Of a DNA stretch of 64,000 nucleotides, positions 54,417 to 63,043 are shown piece by piece. A program made the translations under genes and the position numbers. Below the pieces are notes generated by a model. The model made no database searches, had not been told where the DNA came from, and saw only the letters and a list, made by a program, of their open reading frames with translations. Numbering within the stretch: position 1 is the stretch's first letter; every line of letters begins with the position of its first letter. Source of the DNA: Eubacteriales bacterium (GTDB taxonomy: Bacteria; Bacillota; Clostridia; Oscillospirales; SIG627); the NCBI GenBank assembly GCA_045631145.1, contig JAZQUE010000074.1:3065-67064 (forward strand), given 5' to 3'.

Positions 54417-55796
54417 TTATTGAATTGTTGCTATGATTGATTTCCTGAGTTTCTCATTCTTGGCACTCCATTCAAAATTGTTCAACATCCATTGCCGATA
54501 GTTCAACGGAATGTCGCAAATGCGTTCGCCCTTGTATTTTCCGAAAGGCATTATCTCAATCGGCTGCTCGGCTTGCTTGTCAATGGCTGCAGTGTCCTCA
54601 CGGGTTATCTTCCCGATGTCAGTTATCGGAATGCCGCTCAACAGGCGACCGCCTGTCCCGAACATTCGCCATATCTTGCCTTGCTCGAAAGTGATGTCCT
54701 CGACACGTCCGAAGCGTGAAACATTACCGCCCAAATCAACTATCAGTGCGTCCTCCTTGCCCTCGTCAATACGGGTGGCACGTCCGATAATCTGATAGTA
54801 CAGGGCTATGGAGGCTGTCGATATTCCGAGGATAATACAGTCAATGCCTGTATAGTCGAAACCTGTCGAAAGCACCCGCACGTTAAAAATTACCCTGATT
54901 CTGCCCGCTTTGAACTCGTTGATAATGTTTGCCCTCTCTGCGGGCTTCATATCGCCGTAAATCACAGCAGAACCCGTGTAGCGGTGCGATAAGTCGATTG
55001 CGTCCTGTACCGAGGGACAGAACACGAGGATATGCTGCCTGTCCGTGTGCTTGTCGAGGGCTTCGATTATACCCTGTTCCCCTCCGTTGGCTTCATAAGC
55101 CCGCAGGACGCTGTCCTCCGTGAACTCCGATTTCGAGGTGTTGTAAACCAACATACTGCTGTCGAAGTCGGCGGCTTCATAGCGGAGTTTGCTCCAAAAG
55201 CCGAGCTGTACCATTTCAGATACCTGTCCGACGTGGATAATGTCTTTATAGAAATTGCCTTTCTTGCTGCGTGATGTCAGCATAACGAGCTTTGAGAATG
55301 TGCCGCCGTCCTGATCATAGTTCTGTTGGAGCTTTACAGGCGTTGCGGTTATACCGAGGACGTGTGTTATCCCGCTGTCAGCGAGGAAACGTCCTAACAT
55401 ACTGTCAGCCTCACGGGGATATAGGTGTGCCTCGTCGATGAGTACTTTCGTGAAGCCCATTTCCTTGAACTGCGCCCCGAGGTTCTTTATCGAGCCGATT
55501 GTAGCGTAGGTTATCTGTGCGATTTCCTTTCGCCCGAATGAAGCCGAGTAAATGCCCGCATTCACAGCGAAACCGTCACACAGGGCGTAGTACTTCTTGA
55601 TGTTCTGTTCCAACAGCTCCTTTGAGGGTTGGAGAACCAAGAGCCTGTCGTTACAGTTCATTGCGACAAAAGCCGTCAGGATTGATTTGCCCCACGCTGT
55701 TGGCAGGACTATCAAACTTGGCTTCGGCTTCTGCTGCTTGAAGAACTCAATCGCTTTCTGTATCGGTTCGGTTTGGTTTGACCGTAATTGTATCAT
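54417..55796 (-). CDS. SF2 DEAD/DEAH-box helicase
   Basis: Walker A LPTAWGKS. DEAH box LIDEAHLY. Motif VI-like QIIGRATR. Start chosen at MIQLRSNQ. Confidence 0.8.
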   Translation of the reverse strand: MIQLRSNQTEPIQKAIEFFKQQKPKPSLIVLPTAWGKSILTAFVAMNCNDRLLVLQPSKELLEQNIKKYYALCDGFAVNAGIYSASFGRKEIAQITYATIGSIKNLGAQFKEMGFTKVLIDEAHLYPREADSMLGRFLADSGITHVLGITATPVKLQQNYDQDGGTFSKLVMLTSRSKKGNFYKDIIHVGQVSEMVQLGFWSKLRYEAADFDSSMLVYNTSKSEFTEDSVLRAYEANGGEQGIIEALDKHTDRQHILVFCPSVQDAIDLSHRYTGSAVIYGDMKPAERANIINEFKAGRIRVIFNVRVLSTGFDYTGIDCIILGISTASIALYYQIIGRATRIDEGKEDALIVDLGGNVSRFGRVEDITFEQGKIWRMFGTGGRLLSGIPITDIGKITREDTAAIDKQAEQPIEIMPFGKYKGERICDIPLNYRQWMLNNFEWSAKNEKLRKSIIATIQ

Positions 55797-55938
55797 TGTT
55801 GCTATGAGAAAAGGAAAGCCGCACGTAGGGCTAACCACGCATAACAGTTGCGTCGGGCTTCCTTTCGGAGCAGCCCACCCGTGTGCGGCTTTGTATATAT
55901 TTCAACGATGAATCTCATATCTGTTCTTTTGGTTATCG

Positions 55939-55946
55939 CAAAGTTA
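55939..55946 (-). promoter_or_regulatory. -7 promoter box TAACTTTG (minus strand)
   Basis: Matches TAnnTTTG. Lies upstream of the helicase/replication operon. Confidence 0.4.
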
Positions 55947-55950
55947 AAAC

Positions 55951-55967
55951 GATTATATTATAATCAC
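55951..55967 (-). promoter_or_regulatory. 15-bp palindrome GATTATA-N-TATAATC plus AC, copy 3 of 3
   Basis: gattatattataatcac, 4 nt from the -7 box. Overlaps the stop codon of the upstream 69-aa ORF. Confidence 0.5.
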
Positions 55968-56173
55968 TTTTGATTTCGAGAATTTTTTAACCGTTCAGGT
56001 AAATCAGAGGGCGAAAACGGCTGTTTCTTCATCAACTCCCTACGGAGTATCTTCGCTCGTCGGCATAGGTTGAACACCCGTGTATTGCTGCTGCTCACGT
56101 CCTTGTTGCTCTCACACAGGTAGTCGATATAGCGGATAATCTCGTCACGCTGTTGGTTAGATATTGCAATCAT
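55964..56173 (-). CDS. hypothetical protein (69 aa)
   Basis: Clean ORF. No motif recognised. Confidence 0.4.
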   Translation of the reverse strand: MIAISNQQRDEIIRYIDYLCESNKDVSSSNTRVFNLCRRAKILRRELMKKQPFSPSDLPERLKNSRNQK

Positions 56174-56192
56174 TTTCGCTCTGTTTTACGGG

Positions 56193-57134
56193 TTATTTCA
56201 ACAGGAAGCGTCGAGCCCCTGTAACGGTCTTTGTAAACTCTCTCGCAAGGTCAGGATGTGCGGCTTGAAAAGCCTTTGCGTCGAACTTCTCACTGTCTTT
56301 CGGGGCTTTCCAAGTAGCGATTGTCTGTCCCCCGTAGCTGATAGCCTCTGCGTCACCGAAACCGAGCTTAATGCGTCCCTCCAATTCCTCTTTGCGTTCT
56401 TCGAGGCGGGAGAGTTCTTCTTTTACCCCTTTCAGTTGATTGTAGGCTTCAAAGATTTCCTCCGTCACTTCGAGAACCTTGCCCGCTGTGTGGCGGTTGT
56501 ATTTCAGGAGAACGTCCTGTACGGAAACGGCTGACGGTTCTTGCTTTCCAAGGATATTGTCAGTCCAAAATCGCTCAACCTCCTCAACGAGCCAAGCGTA
56601 GAAGTCGGGAACGAGCATAAGGTCTTTATACCCGAACTCCCTGCCCTGTGTGAGCCAAGCGATACTGCCCTGTGTGAGTTCCGCTCCTCCGAGCTGATAC
56701 TGAACCTGACAGAACCAATGCTTCGGGAGGTCGTCCCCGTCAATGGCTTTCTGTGTTGTCTTACACTCCAAAATGCCCTTGTTTTGGTCGTTGTGCTTCA
56801 TACCCTCCAACCAATATGTACGGTCGGGAGAAACCTGTATAAACTGTTTCTCGTTGTTGCGGATAATCCAATCCCCGACAGAGCGTTTGATAACCTCACG
56901 TCCTGTTGCGTCCTGCCAAAACTGCGAAACAGCGTCCTCGAGGTAGTGTCCCGCTTTCATCGCAAAGGTTTCCTCTTTCGGAGCGTCAAGCCCGATTTTA
57001 CGTCTCCATAACTGATACGGGGTTTCCCAAGGGTTCAAGCCTACGATAGTGGCTACCTCGCTGCTGCCGATACCTGATTTTCTGAACTCCAACCATTCGG
57101 CACGGTCTTTCGGTCTGATAACTGTAACACTCAT
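56193..57134 (-). CDS. YqaJ-like recombination exonuclease (lambda Exo-type PD-(D/E)XK)
   Basis: N-terminus DRAEWLEFRKSGIGSSEVATIVGLNPWETPYQLWRRKIG is the YqaJ signature. Confidence 0.8.
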   Translation of the reverse strand: MSVTVIRPKDRAEWLEFRKSGIGSSEVATIVGLNPWETPYQLWRRKIGLDAPKEETFAMKAGHYLEDAVSQFWQDATGREVIKRSVGDWIIRNNEKQFIQVSPDRTYWLEGMKHNDQNKGILECKTTQKAIDGDDLPKHWFCQVQYQLGGAELTQGSIAWLTQGREFGYKDLMLVPDFYAWLVEEVERFWTDNILGKQEPSAVSVQDVLLKYNRHTAGKVLEVTEEIFEAYNQLKGVKEELSRLEERKEELEGRIKLGFGDAEAISYGGQTIATWKAPKDSEKFDAKAFQAAHPDLAREFTKTVTGARRFLLK

Positions 57135-57445
57135 TTCTGTTCCTCCTCTTCGATTTCGTTAATAACTTCGGCTGCAACCTTGCAGAATTTTTTCATCATA
57201 GATTCAGCGGCTAATTCCTTACAGGCTCTGCGAATGAGCTTTGGCAAATCAGGGCAATCTTTGAATGCTCCTTTCAACATTGCAACGATGTGCTCTCCTG
57301 AACCCGCTAACCCCGCTGATAATGAATACTGCTTGTGGGTTTCATCTGTTCCTGTCAGCTCTGTTGTCAGTACGATAATTGCTCTCTTGTCGTTGTCAGC
57401 TTCCTGCCATTTGGCGAGGTTTTCAATAAGTTCTTTACGTTCCAT
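57131..57445 (-). CDS. hypothetical protein (104 aa)
   Basis: ATGA-type overlap with the exonuclease gene. Confidence 0.45.
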   Translation of the reverse strand: MERKELIENLAKWQEADNDKRAIIVLTTELTGTDETHKQYSLSAGLAGSGEHIVAMLKGAFKDCPDLPKLIRRACKELAAESMMKKFCKVAAEVINEIEEEEQK

Positions 57446-57503
57446 ATTATCTGTTTTTTACGGTTATGAAATATGGGAGAGCCGAAGCCCTCCCGATGAT
57501 ACT

Positions 57504-58079
57504 TTATGCGTCCTTGCGGGTTAGGAGATAGTCAGCCCAAATGCCGATGAACTGCTTGCCGCAGTACGTGGCGAGTTCGGGGGTTTTCAAGCAAAGGCGA
57601 GAGCCGACGCTCGCAAACGTATACGAGGGCACGAGATTCGAGTACGCAAAGGCGAAGCCAGCATAGTCTGTAACATAGTCGCCTGTGTTCATCATACGAC
57701 GGTCGTTCTTCTCGTCCTCGTCCATATCCTCAATTTCCTGTTCGGTGTAGAGCCAAAACCAAGGATAATAACGCCATTCCTCCGTTGTGAACTGTGGCTT
57801 CCAACCCTCATTCAACGCCTGTACGATGATACGGAGCTTGAAATATGCGAGGATATCAGGCTCAACATCAGAGTAACCGTCCTCCCAACCCTCGGGGTCG
57901 TTTATGCCTACCGCCTTTGCTGCGTCGGCAAACGTCTTGATACGTTCTGTTACAGGGCGATTATCCGCTGTCTGTGGGGTTTCAAACTGTGCTTCGGGGA
58001 AAAGAGCTTGAAGCATTTTTTTACCGCTGTCGTCGGCTGTATTATAAGCCGCAACGAGATTTTCTTTCTTGATTTCCAT
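57504..58079 (-). CDS. small protein carrying a second DGR variable-repeat-like segment (VR2)
   Basis: DYAGFAFAYSNLVPSYTFASVGSRLCL is encoded by DNA matching TR. Trp/Tyr-rich core (WRYYPWFWLY) is compatible with a compact C-type-lectin-like fold. Confidence 0.7.
   Translation of the reverse strand: MEIKKENLVAAYNTADDSGKKMLQALFPEAQFETPQTADNRPVTERIKTFADAAKAVGINDPEGWEDGYSDVEPDILAYFKLRIIVQALNEGWKPQFTTEEWRYYPWFWLYTEQEIEDMDEDEKNDRRMMNTGDYVTDYAGFAFAYSNLVPSYTFASVGSRLCLKTPELATYCGKQFIGIWADYLLTRKDA
57589..57665 (-). repeat. DGR variable repeat VR2 (partial, remote)
   Basis: 70-nt alignment to TR 22232-22301 with 12 differences, all at TR plus-strand T (coding-strand A). The 19-nt boundary block is identical to VR1. 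Confidence 0.75.
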
Positions 58080-58100
58080 TTTGTTGCTGATTATGGGTTA

Positions 58101-58982
58101 TTACTTTTGATTGTCGATGATTTCGCCCGTTTCGGGGTTCACGTTGGCGGGAACATTGCCTGTTGCCTGTGCAATAGCCTTTGTCGCCTTATCCTGTGCC
58201 GAGGTCGTTTTCTTCTTCGCTTCGGCTTCCTTTTTGGCTTCAAGGGCGGGTTTCACGAAACATTCCTGTACGGTTGTCGTTCCCTCCTTAATGGCGTTCC
58301 AAGTGGCTCTCAATTCAAAGAGGGCTTCCTTGTCGATGTCCGCTACACTGTTCTTGCCGAGATACTCCAAGAGCATTTTTTCTGTTACGCCTGATTTAGC
58401 GAAATTGGCGATACAGTTCTGACGGGCTGTCTCGATGTCGATTGCCTGTCCGAGGGCGACCTGTTTAACGTCGTTGATAACACGCTTTGTCACAGCCTTT
58501 GGGATAACAGCCAACACGGCGTTTCGGAAAGCGATTGAAGCGGCGGCGTTGCCTGTAACAACCTGCATATCCTCGCTGTACGTTCTTCCGTTCTTGTCAG
58601 TGATACGGCGTTTCACTTCCTTGCTTACGGCGAAGTTGGTTTCAAGGTCGTGGCAGATAGCCTGTGCGGTTATCATTCGTCCGTCGTTGCCGATGATACG
58701 GGTTTGCACTCGGAGGTTACCCCAAGCCCCTGCGATGATTTCAGCCATACGAACCGATAAGCCCTCAATGACACTGTCCTGTCCGTTCTGTCCCTTGCGG
58801 CGGAGAACATAAAAACAGTCCTCGGCGGTTTCCCTATCCATAGTGGCGTAGGTTGCAATCTTATTCAGAGTTGCGTTCAGATCACGTGGATACTGCTTTG
58901 CGGTCGAGATTTGAATGTCCACTTCCGCACGGTTGATTGCTTGCAGCATATCAGCCTGTTTGATTTCGATAATGTCGTTCAT
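58101..58982 (-). CDS. putative ssDNA-annealing recombinase (RecT/Red-beta-like)
   Basis: Start at MNDIIEIK avoids overlap with the upstream gene. GLSVRMAEIIAGAWGNLRV resembles annealase cores. There is a partner YqaJ exonuclease two genes downstream. Confidence 0.5.
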   Translation of the reverse strand: MNDIIEIKQADMLQAINRAEVDIQISTAKQYPRDLNATLNKIATYATMDRETAEDCFYVLRRKGQNGQDSVIEGLSVRMAEIIAGAWGNLRVQTRIIGNDGRMITAQAICHDLETNFAVSKEVKRRITDKNGRTYSEDMQVVTGNAAASIAFRNAVLAVIPKAVTKRVINDVKQVALGQAIDIETARQNCIANFAKSGVTEKMLLEYLGKNSVADIDKEALFELRATWNAIKEGTTTVQECFVKPALEAKKEAEAKKKTTSAQDKATKAIAQATGNVPANVNPETGEIIDNQK

Positions 58983-58989
58983 ACTGTTA

Positions 58990-59241
58990 TTATTGATTAT
59001 TGCCCTCTGACAGCTTCGGGCTTTGCTTTTCGTGATAGTAAACTTTGTATTTTCGTCCGTCGGGAGCAACCTCCCAATAGTCCTTGATGTGGAAGCCCTC
59101 GTCACGGAGCGTTGAAATAATCTTTCGGAAATCAATGGTGTGTCCGATTTGGTTGCCTGTGTACGTTGTCAGGCGTTCGCCCCTTTCAAGTGCCGCCCTG
59201 ATGAGCTGCTTAGGCGATGTTTGCGGGTTCTGATTTCGCAT
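58990..59241 (-). CDS. small DNA-binding-like protein (83 aa)
   Basis: Basic winged-helix-like sequence. Function unknown. Confidence 0.4.
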   Translation of the reverse strand: MRNQNPQTSPKQLIRAALERGERLTTYTGNQIGHTIDFRKIISTLRDEGFHIKDYWEVAPDGRKYKVYYHEKQSPKLSEGNNQ

Positions 59242-59246
59242 AGCTG

Positions 59247-59540
59247 TTACTTTTTATGAGTTGATACATAGGTCGAAGCCTTGCTTCTTATTTCCTTGTC
59301 TGTTTTTACCTCCCGTTCCAACATCCACTCCTCGAGTTCCTGTTTCTTGAAATAGAGTTTGCGGTTCTTCTTGTAGTGGGGGATTTGTCGCTTGCTTGTC
59401 AGGTTATACAGGTGGCTCTCGCTGTAGCCTGTGAACACTGCCGCTTCGGAGAGGTCGAGGACGGTTTTTGAACCTATCATCGCCAACTGCTCGATACGGT
59501 CGAGCTTGTCGTTCATTTCTTGAATTGCCTCGTTGCTCAT
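59247..59540 (-). CDS. excisionase-family helix-turn-helix protein
   Basis: VLDLSEAAVFTGYSESHLYNLTSKRQIPHYKKNRKLYFKKQELEEWM is the MerR/excisionase-type HTH_17 pattern. Confidence 0.65.
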   Translation of the reverse strand: MSNEAIQEMNDKLDRIEQLAMIGSKTVLDLSEAAVFTGYSESHLYNLTSKRQIPHYKKNRKLYFKKQELEEWMLEREVKTDKEIRSKASTYVSTHKK

Positions 59541-59779
59541 ACCTCGTCCTCCTCAATGTCTTTTTTTACACGTTCAGGGAGCAAGTCTTCTGCATACAGC
59601 TTCTTGGCTATGAGATAGCAGATATACAACACGAAGCCCGCCGCAAGTTTCCATAGGAAGAATTGCTCCAAAGGCATTTCGTCACTTTCGCCGCAGAACA
59701 CCATAAATGCGATTGCCCCGACTGTCAGGAGTATTGCGAACAATACCCATTTCCCGATTTCCTTACAGATTGTTTTCAT
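59537..59779 (-). CDS. small two-pass membrane protein
   Basis: WVLFAILLTVGAIAFMVF and LAAGFVLYICYLIA hydrophobic segments. Confidence 0.5.
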   Translation of the reverse strand: MKTICKEIGKWVLFAILLTVGAIAFMVFCGESDEMPLEQFFLWKLAAGFVLYICYLIAKKLYAEDLLPERVKKDIEEDEV

Positions 59780-60092
59780 ATTCCAACTGATTTAGTCCGA
59801 TTTTGATAATCTCTTGATACTTTTGCAAGAGGCGTATTAGCCGCCTGTTTTCAGAGTTGAGTGTCCTGTTCGCCTGTTCCAACGCCTTGATGTAGCGTTC
59901 GTCCGTATGTCCGTTCCGTTGAACAGTCACCGTTACCGTTTCAAGGTTGGGGAGGAGTTCTTCGGTTATGGAAACCGTTACCTCGACCTTTCCTTTCCGT
60001 TTCGCTGCCTTGCGTTCCCAATAGCCGTCCTGATACTTTTTGTTGTACAGATACTTCTCGTGGGCGGCTTCAGGGCTCAACCTCTTGCTCAT
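59763..60092 (-). CDS. hypothetical protein (109 aa)
   Basis: Clean ORF in the early operon. Confidence 0.45.
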   Translation of the reverse strand: MSKRLSPEAAHEKYLYNKKYQDGYWERKAAKRKGKVEVTVSITEELLPNLETVTVTVQRNGHTDERYIKALEQANRTLNSENRRLIRLLQKYQEIIKIGLNQLEYENNL

Positions 60093-60325
60093 GCTGTTGC
60101 CTCCTCTCGTTTTAATCGTTCCTCAACCCGCTTGCGGATTGTGTAGATAGTTCCCTCGGAGTTGATACCGTACTTCTTCATCAGGTGCTGATTTACTACG
60201 GTCTTGCTTTGCTCCTTGTCAGCAGTGAGTTCGTTGTACTCATTGTAAATAGCCAAGTCACGTTCCTGTCGTGCCATTTGGCAATCTGTCATTTTTGGAA
60301 TCACCTCTTTCATTTTTATTTTCAA
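60089..60325 (-). CDS. first early-operon protein (78 aa), possible Cro-like regulator
   Basis: Divergent from the HTH genes across the 150-nt switch region. The assignment is positional only. Confidence 0.4.
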   Translation of the reverse strand: MKIKMKEVIPKMTDCQMARQERDLAIYNEYNELTADKEQSKTVVNQHLMKKYGINSEGTIYTIRKRVEERLKREEATA

Positions 60326-60393
60326 TTTTACTTATTGGTTTATTTCCGATTTTATTTCCTTTTTCGTATCTTTGTTGCGATATTAAATTGTAT

Positions 60394-60409
60394 CACGGTG
60401 CAAATATAA
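60394..60409 (-). promoter_or_regulatory. early promoter core TTATATTTGCACCGTG (minus strand)
   Basis: Contains the -7 box TATATTTG (60401-60408). Identical 16-mer to 36386-36401. Confidence 0.55.
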
Positions 60410-60477
60410 ACAAAGTTTCGATTATAGAAACAGAAATCGAAACAAAATTTCGCTCCAAAAATTAAAATAATTTGTAT

Positions 60478-60900
60478 ATGACTGAAAATCAGCGTATTAA
60501 AAAGGCGATAAATTGGTTAATATTTCAAGGTGTCGCAGAAAGCGAAAAAGAGCTTGCAGACCTGTTAGGATATACCAAATCCTCATTTTCGCAGATTGTG
60601 AACGGAAAAGTCCCCTTGTCGGAAAAGTTTGTAAAAAAGCTCTGTGGGCTTGATGAAAATATAAACGAAGTTTGGATTTTACGAGGAGAGGGAGATTTGC
60701 TCAAAAATAACCCGAACGGTTTACAGACGGTTGAAATCTCCCGTGAGGCTTGGAGAATTATACAGTTACAGGCGGAAAGTCTCGCCGCCCGTGATAAACA
60801 GATTGACGAGCTTGTCGGATTGCTGAAAGAACAGCTCCGTGAACAGAAAAAAACAGTTGCCCCGACGGACGGAGCTGCAACCTCTGCCGTTGCAGGGTAA
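60478..60900 (+). CDS. XRE-type HTH regulator (repressor candidate 1)
   Basis: ELADLLGYTKSSFSQIVNGKVPLSEKFVKKL...VWILRGEGDLL. Confidence 0.65.
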   Translation: MTENQRIKKAINWLIFQGVAESEKELADLLGYTKSSFSQIVNGKVPLSEKFVKKLCGLDENINEVWILRGEGDLLKNNPNGLQTVEISREAWRIIQLQAESLAARDKQIDELVGLLKEQLREQKKTVAPTDGAATSAVAG

Positions 60901-60936
60901 CGCTGTTCGGGAAAACCCCATTATATTGATGTGCCT

Positions 60937-61413
60937 ATGAAAGACAGGTTACAGATGATTATCGATTATAAGACAGGCGGGAAGCAGACCGCATTTGCCA
61001 AACAGCTGGGGTGGACTCCTCAATACCTTGCTAAATTACTGCGAGGAGAGAACTTCGGCATTCAGCCTGTTATTACTTTGCTATCCTCGTTCCCCGAGAT
61101 TGACGCACGTTGGCTGTTGCTCGGAGAGGGGAAGATGTTAGCCAATGAAGCGTACACGGGTATTCGTCAGGGAATGTACGCCCACATACAGGACATTCTC
61201 GAATTGGAAAAATATCTGCCGTATATGCAGCCGAATGAACTACACGAGTTTGAACAGGCTGTGATTACAGGCAAAATCCCTGTTTTTAGCCCCGACACGC
61301 TTTCCAAATGGCAAAGACAGGCAAGCGAACGAGAAAATGAAATAAATGTAAAATTCGCCGTTGCGGGCGGTAAATCAGATATGTTATGCAAACAGCAGAC
61401 AGCCAAAAAGTGA
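60937..61413 (+). CDS. XRE-type HTH regulator (repressor candidate 2)
   Basis: QTAFAKQLGWTPQYLAKLLRGENFGIQPVITLL...RWLLLGEGKML. Confidence 0.65.
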   Translation: MKDRLQMIIDYKTGGKQTAFAKQLGWTPQYLAKLLRGENFGIQPVITLLSSFPEIDARWLLLGEGKMLANEAYTGIRQGMYAHIQDILELEKYLPYMQPNELHEFEQAVITGKIPVFSPDTLSKWQRQASERENEINVKFAVAGGKSDMLCKQQTAKK

Positions 61414-61655
61414 TTAAGAGGTTTTTCGAGGCAATATACGCCCTGAAAGCTGCGGGAACGATAAGAGGGAAACAAACCTTTACCAATCAGTACGAGATAA
61501 ACCGTTGGAATTTCAACACCCTTGAAAAAGAACCCGAACGGGATATTTTTCAGACAGCTTGGCTGACATATCTTGTGCGTGATTACGGAGTGTCGGCGAC
61601 TTGGCTTCTGACAGGTGTCGGAGATATGTTTGCAAAGAAAAACGGGGCGAAATAA
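61386..61655 (+). CDS. small HTH-like DNA-binding protein (regulator candidate 3)
   Basis: Ends in ATWLLTGVGDMF, the same W-L-L-x-G-x-G motif as the two upstream regulators. Confidence 0.55.
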   Translation: MQTADSQKVIKRFFEAIYALKAAGTIRGKQTFTNQYEINRWNFNTLEKEPERDIFQTAWLTYLVRDYGVSATWLLTGVGDMFAKKNGAK

Positions 61656-61665
61656 GCCCCGTTCG

Positions 61666-62838
61666 TCATTTCTTATCATTGCCTCCATTCAGATCAGGGA
61701 GGATTGTCGGTATTTTCTGCACCGCCGCCTGTTTGTTCTTGTCAAGGACTTTGGCGTATATCTGCGTTGTGGATAGCTCTCGGTGTCCGAGCAGTTTGCT
61801 GACAGTATAGATGTCTGTCCCCAAATCCAACATCATAACGGCAAACGTGTGCCGTCCACAATGGAACGAAATCTTCTTGTCGATACCTGCCCGCAGAACC
61901 CAATTCTGAATAGCCTTGTTGGTACAGTCAGGCGTATAGAGGTCATAGAACACGAGGTCGTCCGACTTGCCACGTTCGCCCATAAACTCAAGAGCCTGTG
62001 GTGTGATGTCGAGATATTCCTGTCCCTGTGTTTTCTTCTGTCGGAAGATGATACGGGTAAATTCCCCCTGTTGATGAACATCGCCCCAACGTAACCGCAC
62101 AACGTCGCTCCGACGCAGTCCTGTCAAGCAAGAGAACAGGAACGCCCGTTTCACACCCGCATACTCACATTCAGTATCGACGAGCTTTCGGAGTTCTTCA
62201 AGTGTCAGGTACATACGTGTTCCCTCCTCAGCCTTGAAGTTCTCCACGCCTCGACAGGGGTTGGTAGGAATTATCCTGTCCTCGAACGCCTGATTTAGAC
62301 AGGCTCGCAGCTTGTTGAAATACGAGAGCTTCGAGTTTCGGGACAGCGGCTTTTCCTTGACACGTTCCCTCTTGTCGTGAGCCCAAGCAATCGCCTTGTT
62401 GTCGAGGTAGTCTTTGAAGCCCTGAACCCATTCGGGCGTAATCTCCGCAAAGGTTATTTTCTCCCGTTTCTCATAAATGCGTAGGTGGTGCAGGCAGGAA
62501 TACCAATTCCCCCAATTACCTCGGCTCTCGGGTGTACCAAGTCGCTTTTCGCACATCATATTGTAATAATCGAAAAACAGGGTGTCAGTCGGGTATTCCG
62601 ACTTGAAACCAAACTCGCCGTTACGAAGCTCTACAATTCGTTTCGCCTTGATAGCTTCTGCGAGTTGCAGGGTTTCTTGGTTCTTCGCCTTGTCGGCTCT
62701 TGTACGCTCGGGAATGAGGTACATTTTCAGATACTCGTATGAACGCTGTCCGTTCAGGTAAATGTCGAGGTACAGAGATATGTTCCCCGTTGGTGTTTTC
62801 CGCTTTCGTAGGCGGATAGGTTCTTTAGATGTTCCCAT
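61666..62838 (-). CDS. tyrosine-type site-specific integrase
   Basis: HCGRHTFAVMMLDLGTDIYTVSKLLGHRELSTTQIYAKV (R..H..R..Y catalytic region). N-terminal SLYLDIYLNGQRSYEYL is typical of Bacteroidota phage/CTn integrases. Start chosen at MGTSKEPIRL. Confidence 0.9.
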   Translation of the reverse strand: MGTSKEPIRLRKRKTPTGNISLYLDIYLNGQRSYEYLKMYLIPERTRADKAKNQETLQLAEAIKAKRIVELRNGEFGFKSEYPTDTLFFDYYNMMCEKRLGTPESRGNWGNWYSCLHHLRIYEKREKITFAEITPEWVQGFKDYLDNKAIAWAHDKRERVKEKPLSRNSKLSYFNKLRACLNQAFEDRIIPTNPCRGVENFKAEEGTRMYLTLEELRKLVDTECEYAGVKRAFLFSCLTGLRRSDVVRLRWGDVHQQGEFTRIIFRQKKTQGQEYLDITPQALEFMGERGKSDDLVFYDLYTPDCTNKAIQNWVLRAGIDKKISFHCGRHTFAVMMLDLGTDIYTVSKLLGHRELSTTQIYAKVLDKNKQAAVQKIPTILPDLNGGNDKK

Positions 62839-62930
62839 TGATTTTGTTGCTTTTGTTGTCCGTAACCATTCGAGCAACAAAAGTACAACAAAATTGTAAT
62901 AACCTCCAAGTAACTTAAAACAAATTTCAT

Positions 62931-62970
62931 CAAAAATAAAAGCGGCGTAAACCGTTGTGATTTAGCCGCT
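62931..62970 (-). terminator. rho-independent terminator now serving mnmE (phage-supplied side of att)
   Basis: Minus strand AGCGGC(T)AAA ... TTTACGCCGCT stem followed by TTTATTTTTG. Confidence 0.55.
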
Positions 62971-63025
62971 TATTTGTTATTAGTTACTCCCAATTTACTT
63001 TGAGTTACTATGTCTATTTTGTTGA

Positions 63026-63043
63026 TTATTTCCCGATGCAAAA
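63026..63043. repeat. prophage attachment-site core, right copy
   Basis: ttatttcccgatgcaaaa. Forms the last five codons plus stop of mnmE. Confidence 0.75.

Noticed and set aside
12497-63043. Mu-like transposable phage (Hankyphage-type) interpretation, prompted by the Bacteroidota DGR phage context
   Set aside because: The element has a tyrosine integrase next to an att core duplicated at both ends in a gene 3' end. It also has small and large terminase genes. No DDE transposase/MuB pair was found.
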